From positions 144,001-268,000 of the forward strand of contig NZ_JMCB01000002.1 of assembly GCF_000737315.1 (NCBI RefSeq): a stretch of DNA of 124,000 nucleotides, read 5' to 3'. Positions within the stretch are counted from its first letter, which is position 1, and each line of letters begins with the position of its first letter. This DNA is from Hyalangium minutum. GTDB taxonomy: Bacteria > Myxococcota > Myxococcia > Myxococcales > Myxococcaceae. The notes under the pieces were generated by a model. The model was not told the origin of the DNA. It was given only the letters and a program-made list of their open reading frames with translations, and did not search any database. Below are positions 1 through 9,224 of this stretch, piece by piece. A program made the position numbers and the translations under genes.

Positions 1-73
1 CATCGGCGTGATCTTCTTGGTGCTGGCCGTTTCGATGGAGTTCATCGCCCGCTGGTTTGCCGCCTGGCTGTAA
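1..73 (+). CDS. 3' end of an upstream membrane protein (partial)
   Basis: Frame from position 2 reads IGVIFLVLAVSMEFIARWFAAWL then TAA at 71-73; hydrophobic tail, identity unknown. Confidence 0.45.
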   Translation, partial: IGVIFLVLAVSMEFIARWFAAWL

Positions 74-197
74 TGGTCCTCAGGGGTGGAGAACCCTATC
101 AGTCGTTATGGAAGCCAGATCGGCCGGATCAGGAGCAACCGTATCGGGAAGCGTGCGATAATCCGTACACTGACTCATTCCAACGAGGTTGCTGTCC

Positions 198-1226
198 ATG
201 TCCATCCGCTCTACGAACTCTTCCGGCTCGGGCCTGATCAATCGTCCTGCTACGCAGGACAAGCCCGCCACCCAGGCTCCCGCGCAGAACACTGTCGCTC
301 AGCAGAAGTCCTCTGGCCTGCCGGACCGGCTGCAGAGCACGTTCGAGCGGGGCAACGAGATCAACAAGAACTGGAACAAGAGCTACTCCACTGACCGCGC
401 GATGAACACCCCGAAGCTGCCCTCCAAGGGCCTCGGCGGCGCGCTGGCGGGTCTGCTGGGCAAGCTGCCCAAGTACGAGAAGAGCGGCAGCTTCGAGAAG
501 AGCGTGGCGTACGCGAAGACCGAGGGCAGCTTCGGCGACCCGAACGGCATCGCGTCCGGCAACTACCGCGCCAGCTTCCTCGAGGCCGGCGTGAACGGCA
601 GCGGCTCGGTGGCCTTCGAGAACGGCGCCCTCAAGGCGCACGGCGAGGTGCACGCGCAGGCCACGCTGATCGACGCGGCGGCGGACTTCCGCGCCAAGCT
701 CGGGCCTCTGTCGGCCGAGGGCCAGGGCCACGCGTGGGTGGGCGCCAAGGCGAACGCCTCGGGTGACCTGACCATCGACCCGGTGAACGGCAAGTACGGG
801 CTCGAGGTGGGCGGCGATGCCTTCGTGGGCGCCAAGGCTGGCGTCGAGGGCAAGGTGAGCCTGGGTGAGTACGGCGGCGTCGGTGGCAAGGCCGAGGCCT
901 GGGCCGGCGTGGGTGTGTCCGCCAACGCCTCCGTGAAGCTGGAGAACGGCCGCTTCAAGGCGCGCTTCGAGCTGGGCGCGGCGCTCGGCATCGGCTTCAA
1001 GCTGGGCTTCAACGTCGACATCAACTTCAAGAAGATCGGCGACGCGGTCAAGAACGTCTTCAAGAAGCCGGTGGAGTTCGTGAAGAACATCGGCAGCAAG
1101 GTGGGCGAGGTGTTCAAGGGCGCCGCTGACGCCGTGAAGGACGTGGGTAGCAAGATCGCCGACGGCGTGAAGGCCGTGGGCAGCGCGGTGGGCGGCGCGC
1201 TCAAGAAGGTGTTCAGCGGCTGGTAA
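198..1226 (+). CDS. Gly/Ala-rich hypothetical protein with low-complexity N-terminus and amphipathic C-terminal repeats
   Basis: ORF 189..1226; GAGG RBS before ATG 198; alternating small/hydrophobic beta-strand pattern (AEAWAGVGVSANASV); C-terminal KKIGDAVKNVFKK-type repeats. Confidence 0.8.
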   Translation: MSIRSTNSSGSGLINRPATQDKPATQAPAQNTVAQQKSSGLPDRLQSTFERGNEINKNWNKSYSTDRAMNTPKLPSKGLGGALAGLLGKLPKYEKSGSFEKSVAYAKTEGSFGDPNGIASGNYRASFLEAGVNGSGSVAFENGALKAHGEVHAQATLIDAAADFRAKLGPLSAEGQGHAWVGAKANASGDLTIDPVNGKYGLEVGGDAFVGAKAGVEGKVSLGEYGGVGGKAEAWAGVGVSANASVKLENGRFKARFELGAALGIGFKLGFNVDINFKKIGDAVKNVFKKPVEFVKNIGSKVGEVFKGAADAVKDVGSKIADGVKAVGSAVGGALKKVFSGW

Positions 1227-1255
1227 GCTGAGGCCCAGCGGTCGCTTTCATTCCT

Positions 1256-1286
1256 GAGGGCCCACTTCCTAGCGGAGTGGGCCCTC
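1256..1286 (+). terminator. Strong intergenic hairpin (terminator or mRNA-stabilising stem)
   Basis: GAGGGCCCACT...AGTGGGCCCTC inverted repeat between ORFs; no clear U-tract. Confidence 0.5.
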
Positions 1287-1302
1287 TGCTATTTGGAGAA
1301 GC

Positions 1303-2484
1303 ATGAGCACTCCCAACTTTGAGAAGCTCCTGAAGCAAGGCGACATCGAGAAGGGTCGCAACGAGGCGCAGGCTGCCCTCATGAAGGACCCCAACGATCG
1401 CCGCGCGCTGCTGGCGCTGGCGAAGGTGGCGGCCCTCGAGGGCGATGAGCCGCTGGCCGAGTCGCTCCTGCAGAAGGTGGCGGGCGGCACCGCGGATGAC
1501 GAAGCGGATGCTCAGCTGGTGCGCGCCGCGCTCCACATGCAGAAGGGCGAGTTCGAGCAGGCCGGCGCCATCTACATGAAGCTCGCGGAGGATCCGCCGC
1601 GCGCCGAGGCGCTCTACGGCGTGGGCTACTTCCTCACCGAGGCTGGGCAGAACGAGCTGGCCAAGAAGGCGCTGGTGAAGGCGGTGGAGATGGAGCCGGA
1701 GGTGGGCGTGTACCACTTCCAGCTGGCGCGGGTGCTGTTCGCGATGGGCGAGCTGAAGGGCGCCTTCGAGCACCTGGAGACGTCGCTCAAGCTCAACCCG
1801 GGGCACATCCCCTCGTACGTGGTGATGTCGGTGGCGCTGCAGGCGGGTGGCGAGCTGGAGGCGGCGGAGGACATCCTGCGCTCGGGCTTGAAGGCGTTCC
1901 CGGACGAGCCGCACATGCTGGAGCAGCTGAGCAACGTGCTGGCGGGCAAGGGTGACATCAACGGCGCGGCCGAGGTGGCCGAGCAGCTGGCGAAGGCGCA
2001 GCCCAACCACCCGAGTGCGATTGGCAACCTGGCGCGGTTCCGGATGGCGCAGGGACGGCTGGGCGACGCGCTGTCGCTGTGCCACGCGCTGGCCGAGCGC
2101 GGGATGGCCACGGGGCAGAGCCGCTCGGTGGAGGCCATGGTGTACGAGGCCATGAATCCTCCGGACATCGATGGGGCGCAGGCGGCGTGGCGCGCGGCGG
2201 CGGAGCTGGATCCGGACGACTGGCGGGCGCCGAACAACCTGGGTCTGCTGCTGATGCGTGGGCCGGAGGTGGAGACGATCCGCGAGGGCAGGGATGCGCT
2301 GGAGGAAGCGCACCGCCGCGATCCGGAGCGTCCCGAGCCGCGGCTCAACCTGGCCCTGGCGTGCGTGAAGCTGGGCGACAAGGCCCGGGCGAAGGAGCTG
2401 ACGAAGGACCTGCTGTCGCGCGTCGCGACGCTGGAGCCGGAGCAGCGCGAGCAGGCCGAGCGGCTGGCGAAGCAGCTCGCCTGA
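1303..2484 (+). CDS. Tetratricopeptide repeat protein
   Basis: Multiple TPR-like helical repeats (AEALYGVG, YHFQLARVL, APNNLGLL). Confidence 0.85.
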   Translation: MSTPNFEKLLKQGDIEKGRNEAQAALMKDPNDRRALLALAKVAALEGDEPLAESLLQKVAGGTADDEADAQLVRAALHMQKGEFEQAGAIYMKLAEDPPRAEALYGVGYFLTEAGQNELAKKALVKAVEMEPEVGVYHFQLARVLFAMGELKGAFEHLETSLKLNPGHIPSYVVMSVALQAGGELEAAEDILRSGLKAFPDEPHMLEQLSNVLAGKGDINGAAEVAEQLAKAQPNHPSAIGNLARFRMAQGRLGDALSLCHALAERGMATGQSRSVEAMVYEAMNPPDIDGAQAAWRAAAELDPDDWRAPNNLGLLLMRGPEVETIREGRDALEEAHRRDPERPEPRLNLALACVKLGDKARAKELTKDLLSRVATLEPEQREQAERLAKQLA

Positions 2485-2522
2485 GCGGGGGAGCGGAGCT
2501 GGAGCTGGGTGCCCCTGACGCG

Positions 2523-3239
2523 ATGAACAACCCCTCCAGTCGATGGAAGTGGCTGCTGGCGGCAGTGGCGCTGGCGGCCTGCGCGACCACGCCGTTGGGG
2601 AGCGAGGGCCCGGGCTGCGAAGAGGCAGCCGAGGTCGCTCTCTCCGAGGAGGCGTGCGCGGACGAGAGCCGCCTGGTGCCGCTGTGCGCCGGCGAGCAAT
2701 GCGGGCTGTACCGGTGCAGGGAGGTGAAGGAGTTCCTGGTGCTGGGGCGCGTGGTGCTGGCGCGCGGGGCGGCTGCGGTGTTGCCCAACCCCACGGCAGG
2801 AGCCCAGCGCAACTGGGGGAGCGCGCAGGAGTTGCCGCGGGACACGCGGCCTGTGTTCATCATCCCGTGGAGGCACCGGCCGCCGCTGCTGCCCAGTCAG
2901 CAGCAGATGCTGGACGAGGCGGCGAAGGAGCGGAGAAAGCCCCACGAGCAGCACCACATCTTCCCCAGGATGTTCAGGTCCTGGTTTACCCAGCAAGGCA
3001 TCGATATCGACGAGTACGTCATTCTCCTGGAGGTGGAGAAGCATCGGAGCATCCATCGGGGGGCGAACGGTGGACCGTGGAACGATGCCTGGGCTCGGTT
3101 CATCAATAAGCGCAGCAGTGACAGAGTGCCAAAAGAGGAGATCCACAAGTATGCGGGCCAGCTCATCTATGAGTTTGAGCTGTTCGGCCCAGTCATGCGG
3201 TTCAGAAGTCAGTTACCGCCGCTGCCTCTGGGATATTGA
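2523..3239 (+). CDS. sitA6: SitA6-family polymorphic toxin lipoprotein (TIGR02269/DUF2380-like), copy 1
   Basis: Lipobox LAAC, Cys-rich N-domain, HHIFP...H..IH nuclease-like motif; followed by double-CXXCG gene. Confidence 0.85.
   Translation: MNNPSSRWKWLLAAVALAACATTPLGSEGPGCEEAAEVALSEEACADESRLVPLCAGEQCGLYRCREVKEFLVLGRVVLARGAAAVLPNPTAGAQRNWGSAQELPRDTRPVFIIPWRHRPPLLPSQQQMLDEAAKERRKPHEQHHIFPRMFRSWFTQQGIDIDEYVILLEVEKHRSIHRGANGGPWNDAWARFINKRSSDRVPKEEIHKYAGQLIYEFELFGPVMRFRSQLPPLPLGY
2840..2946 (+). repeat. 107-bp perfect direct repeat (second copy at 8822..8928)
   Basis: Base-by-base identical segment inside the two sitA6 genes. Confidence 0.9.
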
Positions 3240-3245
3240 AGTGCC

Positions 3246-3968
3246 ATGCAGTTCTACTGGCTGAAGAGGGTTGAGAATCCGCAGTGCTCGGGTGGATACG
3301 ACTTCGGGCATCAATGGGGCCTGCCCGGGGTTCATTGCCCTATGTGCAACGACACCTGGGCATCCACAGGAGAGACCTATCCGTCGGTGGATCTGTCCCA
3401 GCTGCCTGCCGAGGAGCAGAGGAAATATCTGCCGCGGGTCGAGGAGAACTATGAGGAATTCGAGCGGTTGCGCGAGCAGGTGCGCCCGCTGGTGCCTCCA
3501 GGCGCTCGGCTCTGGCCCGGGACGCAGTTCGGCCCTTTGATTGGCCGAGCCCAGGGGGAGTTTGGCCCGCTGGTGCTGTTCTACGTGTGGGAGCCGTTGA
3601 TGCGGCGCGAGCCCATGGAGCGCTTGCAGGCGGAGGGCCTGAAGGGCTTGAAGGGGTGCCGTACGGCGCTGCGCTTCCGCAAGAAGAACCCGCCGGAGTT
3701 CCTCGAAATGGAGTTGCTGCTTCGGGGCAGACTGCACCCCGGCTGCCTGCCAGAGCTCACTCCTCCTTGTCCTCAATGCAAGGGGGGCAGCGCGAGCTGG
3801 CCGGAGGAGCCTGTCCTGGACGCGTCCACGCTGCCGCAAGACCTGGACCTGTTCCGGCTGGCCGACTTCATGAGGGTCATCGTCACCGAGCGCTTCGTGG
3901 AGGCGGTGCAGCGCCTGAGCTACGCGCAGGACCTCGCCTTCCAGCAACTGCCAGTGCGCGGCGGTTAG
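3246..3968 (+). CDS. sitI6: SitI6-family double-CXXCG immunity protein, copy 1
   Basis: GLPGVHCPMC and PPCPQC motifs; FRLADF..IVTERFVEAV tail; directly downstream of the toxin. Confidence 0.85.
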   Translation: MQFYWLKRVENPQCSGGYDFGHQWGLPGVHCPMCNDTWASTGETYPSVDLSQLPAEEQRKYLPRVEENYEEFERLREQVRPLVPPGARLWPGTQFGPLIGRAQGEFGPLVLFYVWEPLMRREPMERLQAEGLKGLKGCRTALRFRKKNPPEFLEMELLLRGRLHPGCLPELTPPCPQCKGGSASWPEEPVLDASTLPQDLDLFRLADFMRVIVTERFVEAVQRLSYAQDLAFQQLPVRGG

Positions 3969-4013
3969 CACACGCTTGTCCCCGCACGGGCGTGTGTCTC
4001 GGTGCGCGTCAGG

Positions 4014-5186
4014 TCAGGGCTGTGTGGAAACCTGATCGGGATCAACTCCAGCGTCAGAGTCCGACGCTGCCGCCAGCGGCATGAGCCACTCCCGAGCCAG
4101 ACCGGCGGCCTCGGCCTTGAGCTGGAACACCTCTTCCGCCACGTCCGAGGCCCCTCGATGGCCGAGGGCACGCAGGCGCTGGCGCAGCGCTTGCTCCAGC
4201 TCCGCGGCGCTCGCGTAGCGCTCCGAGGGCTCCGGCCGGAGCAGCTTGTGGAGGATGAAGCGCGTGGGCTCGGGAACCTCGCGGGCGGCCCGCTCCACCT
4301 CGTCGAAGTTCAGGGAGCGGACGCGCTGGAGGAGCTGATCCAGCTCCTGGCCTGCCAGGACGTGCTGGCGTACCCCCAGCTCCTGAACGAACCCCTCCAC
4401 CGCCCCCAGTGCTTCTGGAGGCAGCAGGGCCAGATCCTTGCCCAGCTGCCGCAGGTCCACCTCCTCCTCCCGCCAGAGCAGGTGCTGGCCCGTCAGCAGC
4501 TCCAACAGGATCAGTCCCAGCGCGAAGAGGTCCGAGCGCCCATCCATGGACCGGCGGAGGATCTGCTCGGGCGAGGCATAGACATCGCGCCCGCCCACGC
4601 GGGCCCGCGAGGACGTCTGCCGGCCGCTGAGCTGGGAGCGCGCCAGCCCGAAGTCCAGCAACTTCACCTGCCCCCGCGGGCCGATGCGGATGCGGTCGGG
4701 GTGGAGGCCTCGGTGGATGATGCCCAGTGGTGCTCCCCGCGCATCCGTGAGCGTATGGGCGTGGTGCAGGGCGCTGGCCACCTCGGCGCCCACGTGGAGC
4801 ACGAACGTCTCGGAGCAGTAGCGTCCGCACAGCAACGCGTCGTTGAAGAGCGCGTCCACGGAGTCTCCCTCGACGTACTCCGTGACGGCGTAGAGGGTGC
4901 CCGCGTGCTCGTGCAGCGCGTACAGGCGGGCGATGGCCGGGTGCGAGAGCCGGGTGGCCAGCTGCGCCTCCTCCACCAGCCTCCGGCGCGCCTTGGGTGA
5001 AGCCTCCGCGGCAACGGTCTTGAGCACCACCTGCTCGCCCACCCGGCCCTGGCGGTGGACCCGCGCCAGCAGCAGCCGCTCGCCCCGGGGGCCCTCGCCC
5101 AGCTCCTGGAGGTGCTCATAGCTCACTTCATCCACGCTGAAGAGGAACGCTCCAGGGGCTGTCGCGGCGGGCTTCTTCTTGGACAT
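4014..5186 (-). CDS. Ser/Thr protein kinase-like protein with degenerate catalytic loop
   Basis: VVLKT, DFGLA and DLFALG motifs present, but HRD is replaced by HRG (IIHRGLHPDRI). Confidence 0.85.
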   Translation of the reverse strand: MSKKKPAATAPGAFLFSVDEVSYEHLQELGEGPRGERLLLARVHRQGRVGEQVVLKTVAAEASPKARRRLVEEAQLATRLSHPAIARLYALHEHAGTLYAVTEYVEGDSVDALFNDALLCGRYCSETFVLHVGAEVASALHHAHTLTDARGAPLGIIHRGLHPDRIRIGPRGQVKLLDFGLARSQLSGRQTSSRARVGGRDVYASPEQILRRSMDGRSDLFALGLILLELLTGQHLLWREEEVDLRQLGKDLALLPPEALGAVEGFVQELGVRQHVLAGQELDQLLQRVRSLNFDEVERAAREVPEPTRFILHKLLRPEPSERYASAAELEQALRQRLRALGHRGASDVAEEVFQLKAEAAGLAREWLMPLAAASDSDAGVDPDQVSTQP

Positions 5187-5303
5187 GGGCAGGCTCCTTC
5201 GCTCGGCGGCGCGGGCGGGAGACTACCGTGGGCGTGCCTCGTGCGCGAGTGACCTGGTGAGTAGGAGCAGGCCTCGCGCTGCGGCGCTCCGTGTCAAGGG
5301 GCT

Positions 5304-7094
5304 TTACAAATCATAGTACTTGAATTGCTGCTCCCACCGTTTGGCCGGACGGCTCTGGAGGAGGTTACGGAGGAAGGGACCGTCATCGGAGCCCTCACGA
5401 TCGTTCTTCCACCGCTCAATGGGCATGGAGATGAAGCAGACCGGCAGCTTGCGGCCATCCGGAAGCTCCGCCTCGGTCCAACGGGCCCACGCGTTCCCTT
5501 GGACTGGAATCCAGAGCCGACCGTGGAGGAGCGTTCCTTTGGGGAGGTCTTCGAGCTGGCTCTTATACACACGGCTGACCACCTCCCCGCTGCGGAGGGC
5601 CACCACATCTTCTGTGTTAGGCCGTGAGGCGTCGAGAAAGACGAGGAACGGGGATCCCGTATCCGGGGCTTCGGCATAGGGGAACCACTGCCGCTCAATC
5701 ATGGCGGCGACAATCTTGGGCGGACAGTCTCCTGGGGGAGGTGTGGCCTGCATGGTGGCGCACGCTGTGTTCATGGCCGCCACGGCAGCGGGGACCAGCA
5801 GGCACCACTCGGGGGAGCCGGGGGCAGGAGCGCGCTTCGCGTCGGGAGAGAGGGTCTGGCGCTTCTTCATGGGAGGATCGTCCTTGCGCGTGGCAGGTGG
5901 GGGCAGGGCGCTGGTGGAGGGGGAAGGTGGCTCAGTGACGGGTGACGAGCCAGGGGCCAGGGAGGCTTTGGAAGCTTCGGAAGGCGGAGGGGACATTGGC
6001 GCCACGGGTCGCATCCAGGAGGAGAGGGAACTGGCGGCCAGCGCCAGGCCTCCGAGGCCCCCCGCCAGGACCGCGCCCCACGCGAGCCTTCGGGGGAGGC
6101 GTGCAAGCTGAGGCGGGCCTGCTTCCGCGGACACGTCTGGCTCTTCGCTCCCGGCCGGTGCTGGCAACAGCGCCTCCCATGCGGCGCTCCCGTCGTCCAG
6201 GCTGCCCAGATCGCGCTCCAGCGCCTCGGCGGTGGCGTGCCGCTGGCGGGGATCCTTGGACAACAGCCGCATCACCGCCTGGCTCAATGTCACGGGCAGG
6301 AAGGGGTGGAGCTCATGCGGTGGTGTGGGGATGCGCAGCTCGATCTCTGCATCGAGGCGCTGGCGCTCGGCGGCGGAGAAGAAGGGGCTCTGGCCGGTCA
6401 GCAACTCGTAGAAGGTGACGCCCAGCGCATAGAGGTCGTCCGCCGGTTGGAACTCGTACCGGGCTTCAGGGTCCTCCGCGTGCAGCCGGGCGAAGTGCAG
6501 GGACTCCGGGCTGCGATAGACAGGCGTGCCTGGCGGAAGGTGCTCCTGGGTGAGCGGCGTGGAGTGCGCATAGTCCCCCGCGCCCCAATCCACGATGACG
6601 GGCTCTCCATTGGGGCGCACGAGGATATTGGCGGGCTTGAGGTCGCGGTGGAAGATGCCCTGCTGGTGCGCAGTGCCGAGCGCATCCGCGAGCGCGATGA
6701 AGAGCCGCAGCGCCTGACGCAGGGTGGGGCGGTGGCGCAGGGCCCACACGCGCAAGGTGTCCCCCTGCACGAACTCCATGACGAGGTAGAAGTACCCATC
6801 CTCCAGATCTGGCCAGCGCCCATGGGCCAGGACCCTGACGATATGGCGGTGCTGGAGCCGGAGCAGACACGCCAGCTCCCGCTTCATCCGGTCGTCGGTA
6901 CGCTTCCTGTCATGAGGTGCGCTGGCCGCCCGGCGCAGGGCGAACTTCAGCGCGTAGCTCCGGCCCTGGCGCGTCGCGAGATAGACGACACCAAAGCCCC
7001 CGCTGGACAGCCGCTGCTCGAGGCGGAAGCTGTCCACCATGGCCCCGGGGCTCAAGAAGCCCGGGTGGATGAGGTGGGGAGGGGACCCCTTCAT
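5304..7094 (-). CDS. Ser/Thr protein kinase with C-terminal extracytoplasmic domain
   Basis: SGGFGVVY, YALKF, HRDLKPAN, DWG, DDLYALG; hydrophobic segment after the kinase domain. Confidence 0.9.
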   Translation of the reverse strand: MKGSPPHLIHPGFLSPGAMVDSFRLEQRLSSGGFGVVYLATRQGRSYALKFALRRAASAPHDRKRTDDRMKRELACLLRLQHRHIVRVLAHGRWPDLEDGYFYLVMEFVQGDTLRVWALRHRPTLRQALRLFIALADALGTAHQQGIFHRDLKPANILVRPNGEPVIVDWGAGDYAHSTPLTQEHLPPGTPVYRSPESLHFARLHAEDPEARYEFQPADDLYALGVTFYELLTGQSPFFSAAERQRLDAEIELRIPTPPHELHPFLPVTLSQAVMRLLSKDPRQRHATAEALERDLGSLDDGSAAWEALLPAPAGSEEPDVSAEAGPPQLARLPRRLAWGAVLAGGLGGLALAASSLSSWMRPVAPMSPPPSEASKASLAPGSSPVTEPPSPSTSALPPPATRKDDPPMKKRQTLSPDAKRAPAPGSPEWCLLVPAAVAAMNTACATMQATPPPGDCPPKIVAAMIERQWFPYAEAPDTGSPFLVFLDASRPNTEDVVALRSGEVVSRVYKSQLEDLPKGTLLHGRLWIPVQGNAWARWTEAELPDGRKLPVCFISMPIERWKNDREGSDDGPFLRNLLQSRPAKRWEQQFKYYDL

Positions 7095-8017
7095 GGCGCG
7101 GGCTCAGCGGGGCTCGCGCGATCGTCGCCCGAGAGGCGGGGAAACATGAAAGTCAGGGTCATGGCGGGCTGCTCTTGGGAGGGCACCTTCAGAGACAGAA
7201 TATATTCGCCTCGGGCTGGCGGTTCAGGGCTCAGGACGTCGACCACGACCAGGGCCTCGGGCCGGGGCAGCATGCGCTTCGCGCGCACCCCGCGCACCGT
7301 GAGCTGGTTTGGGGTGGTTGCTGGGGCCGTGAGCGAGGCCTCTTGAAATTCCCAGGGCTGCCCGCTGGGCGGCTGGGGAATGCGCAGGGCAAGCACGAAC
7401 CACCCAGGCCCCGCGTGCACCCACCCGCTGACCTTGAGACTGGAGCGATTCGCGTCCTGGACCTCCGTGATAGTGAGTGGGCTGGTGGAGAGGCCGTGCT
7501 CATCGAGCACACCCGAGACGACAAGGTCCGCCAGGGTGCCCGCCCCTGCCTGAGCCTGGGCCTGGGCGAGCTCCGCCTGGCACGCGGCGAGCGTCTGGAT
7601 GTGCCGGGAGATGTTCACTTGGAGGTCCACCTCGGAGGGCCGCGACACGAGCGCGAGCAGGGCCTCCTGCGGCGTGCTGTCGTCCCGGAAGCGGACGCTG
7701 AGCCACAGCCGTTCATGGGCGTCGAGCTTCACCCGAAGCTGAAGGACGAGAGAGCGCGCGCCGGCATCCACCAGTTGCACGCGCGTGGCATCCAGGACGA
7801 CCGAGTCCTTGTCGATGTCGGCATCGAAGCTCAGCAGGGTGCGCAGGTCTGGTGCCAGGTGGACTTCGGGGACGGGAGCACCTGAGCCCGCCACGGTGAC
7901 ATCGCGCTGTCGCAGGGCGCGAGGGGGCGCAGGTTGGGCTGCGGCGCTGTGGGCGGCCAAGAGAACGGCGAGCATCAACCATCTTGTAGGTAGGGACAGT
8001 GCGAGGTAACCTCCCAC
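7091..8017 (-). CDS. DUF2381-family secreted protein
   Basis: Signal peptide; PEVHLAPDLRTLLSFDADI and EVDLQVNISR pattern typical of myxobacterial DUF2381; overlaps kinase start; exact start uncertain. Confidence 0.75.
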   Translation of the reverse strand: MGGYLALSLPTRWLMLAVLLAAHSAAAQPAPPRALRQRDVTVAGSGAPVPEVHLAPDLRTLLSFDADIDKDSVVLDATRVQLVDAGARSLVLQLRVKLDAHERLWLSVRFRDDSTPQEALLALVSRPSEVDLQVNISRHIQTLAACQAELAQAQAQAGAGTLADLVVSGVLDEHGLSTSPLTITEVQDANRSSLKVSGWVHAGPGWFVLALRIPQPPSGQPWEFQEASLTAPATTPNQLTVRGVRAKRMLPRPEALVVVDVLSPEPPARGEYILSLKVPSQEQPAMTLTFMFPRLSGDDRASPAEPAP

Positions 8018-8109
8018 GTAGGAAAGCTAGCACAGCCTCCGCGCGTCCTGGTCATCGGGGCCAGGGCCTCTCTGCAGGGGGCGCGGTGTACTCACGAGGG
8101 GAGCGATTC

Positions 8110-8457
8110 ATGAACCTGGCGCACTGGTGGGCTTCGCGTTGGACGCAGGTGAGAGGGTTGTTCAACAGCAGGGGTTCCTCGCGGACACCTGTCTCGGCAG
8201 GTTCCGGCGAACCGGGGGGTGAGTCGCGCCCCGGCGAGCTGAAAGAGACCTACGGCCGCATCGCTCGCATCGCGACGCATGCGCGGCCGGACGAAGACCG
8301 GAGGATGCAGCTGTGCCGCTGCTCCGTGTGCGGCGTGGTGAAGCTGTGCACGCCTGACAGTGACTTCTACGCGCAGCATGCGTGGGATCCGCTCATGTGC
8401 CAGGACTGCTTCTTCCAACTGGTGGTGGACGTGCAGTGCCGTGGGGTGAAGGCGTAA
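8110..8457 (+). CDS. Small Cys-rich (zinc-ribbon-like) hypothetical protein
   Basis: CRCSVC...C...CQDC motif; GAGGG upstream of ATG. Confidence 0.55.
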   Translation: MNLAHWWASRWTQVRGLFNSRGSSRTPVSAGSGEPGGESRPGELKETYGRIARIATHARPDEDRRMQLCRCSVCGVVKLCTPDSDFYAQHAWDPLMCQDCFFQLVVDVQCRGVKA

Positions 8458-8504
8458 GGAAGACTCCGGGGCTCTTGGGGGCGGTGGGATAGGCTCTCGC
8501 TGCG

Positions 8505-9218
8505 ATGAGCGGTGATTTGGCCAAGAGAAAGTGGCTTCTGGCGGCAGTGGCGCTGGCGGCGTGTGCAACGGCACCGCTGGCAAGTGAGGAGCCGGGCTGC
8601 GAGACGGCTGCGGAAGCTGTGCTCGCCGAGGAGGCCTGTGCGAACCCCAGTCGCCTGATAGCGCTGTGCGCTGGCGAGCAGTGCGGGCTGTACCGGTGCG
8701 AGGAGGTGAAGGAGCACCTGGCTCTGGGGCGCGTGGTGCTGGCGCGCGGGGCGGCTGCGGTGTTGCCTAACCCCGCAGCAGGAGCCCAGCGCAATTGGGG
8801 AAGCGCACAGGAATTGCCGCAGGACACGCGGCCTGTGTTCATCATCCCGTGGAGGCACCGGCCGCCGCTGCTGCCCAGTCAGCAGCAGATGCTGGACGAG
8901 GCGGCGAAGGAGCGGAGAAAGCCCCACGGGCAGCACCACATCTTCCCCAGGATGTTCAAGGGATGGTTCACTGAAAAAGGCATCAACATTGACGAGTACG
9001 TCATCCTCCTGGGGGTGGAGAAACACCGGAGCATCCACCGGGGAGCTAAAGGGGGCCCGTGGAATGACGCATGGGATAGGTTCATCCAAGCGAGGAGGGC
9101 AACGGCGACGAGAGAGGAGATCCACAAATACGCGGGCCAGCTCATTTACGAGTTCGAGCTGTTCGGCCCGGTCATGCGGTTTAAGAGCCCGCCACCTCCA
9201 CTGCCTCCAGGGTATTGA
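8505..9218 (+). CDS. sitA6: SitA6-family polymorphic toxin lipoprotein, copy 2
   Basis: Lipobox LAAC, HHIFP motif; closely similar to 2523..3239. Confidence 0.85.
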   Translation: MSGDLAKRKWLLAAVALAACATAPLASEEPGCETAAEAVLAEEACANPSRLIALCAGEQCGLYRCEEVKEHLALGRVVLARGAAAVLPNPAAGAQRNWGSAQELPQDTRPVFIIPWRHRPPLLPSQQQMLDEAAKERRKPHGQHHIFPRMFKGWFTEKGINIDEYVILLGVEKHRSIHRGAKGGPWNDAWDRFIQARRATATREEIHKYAGQLIYEFELFGPVMRFKSPPPPLPPGY

Positions 9219-9224
9219 GCAAAC

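Noticed and set aside
1-73. Upstream fragment as a T3SS export gene
   Set aside because: 23 hydrophobic residues are too few to assign a family
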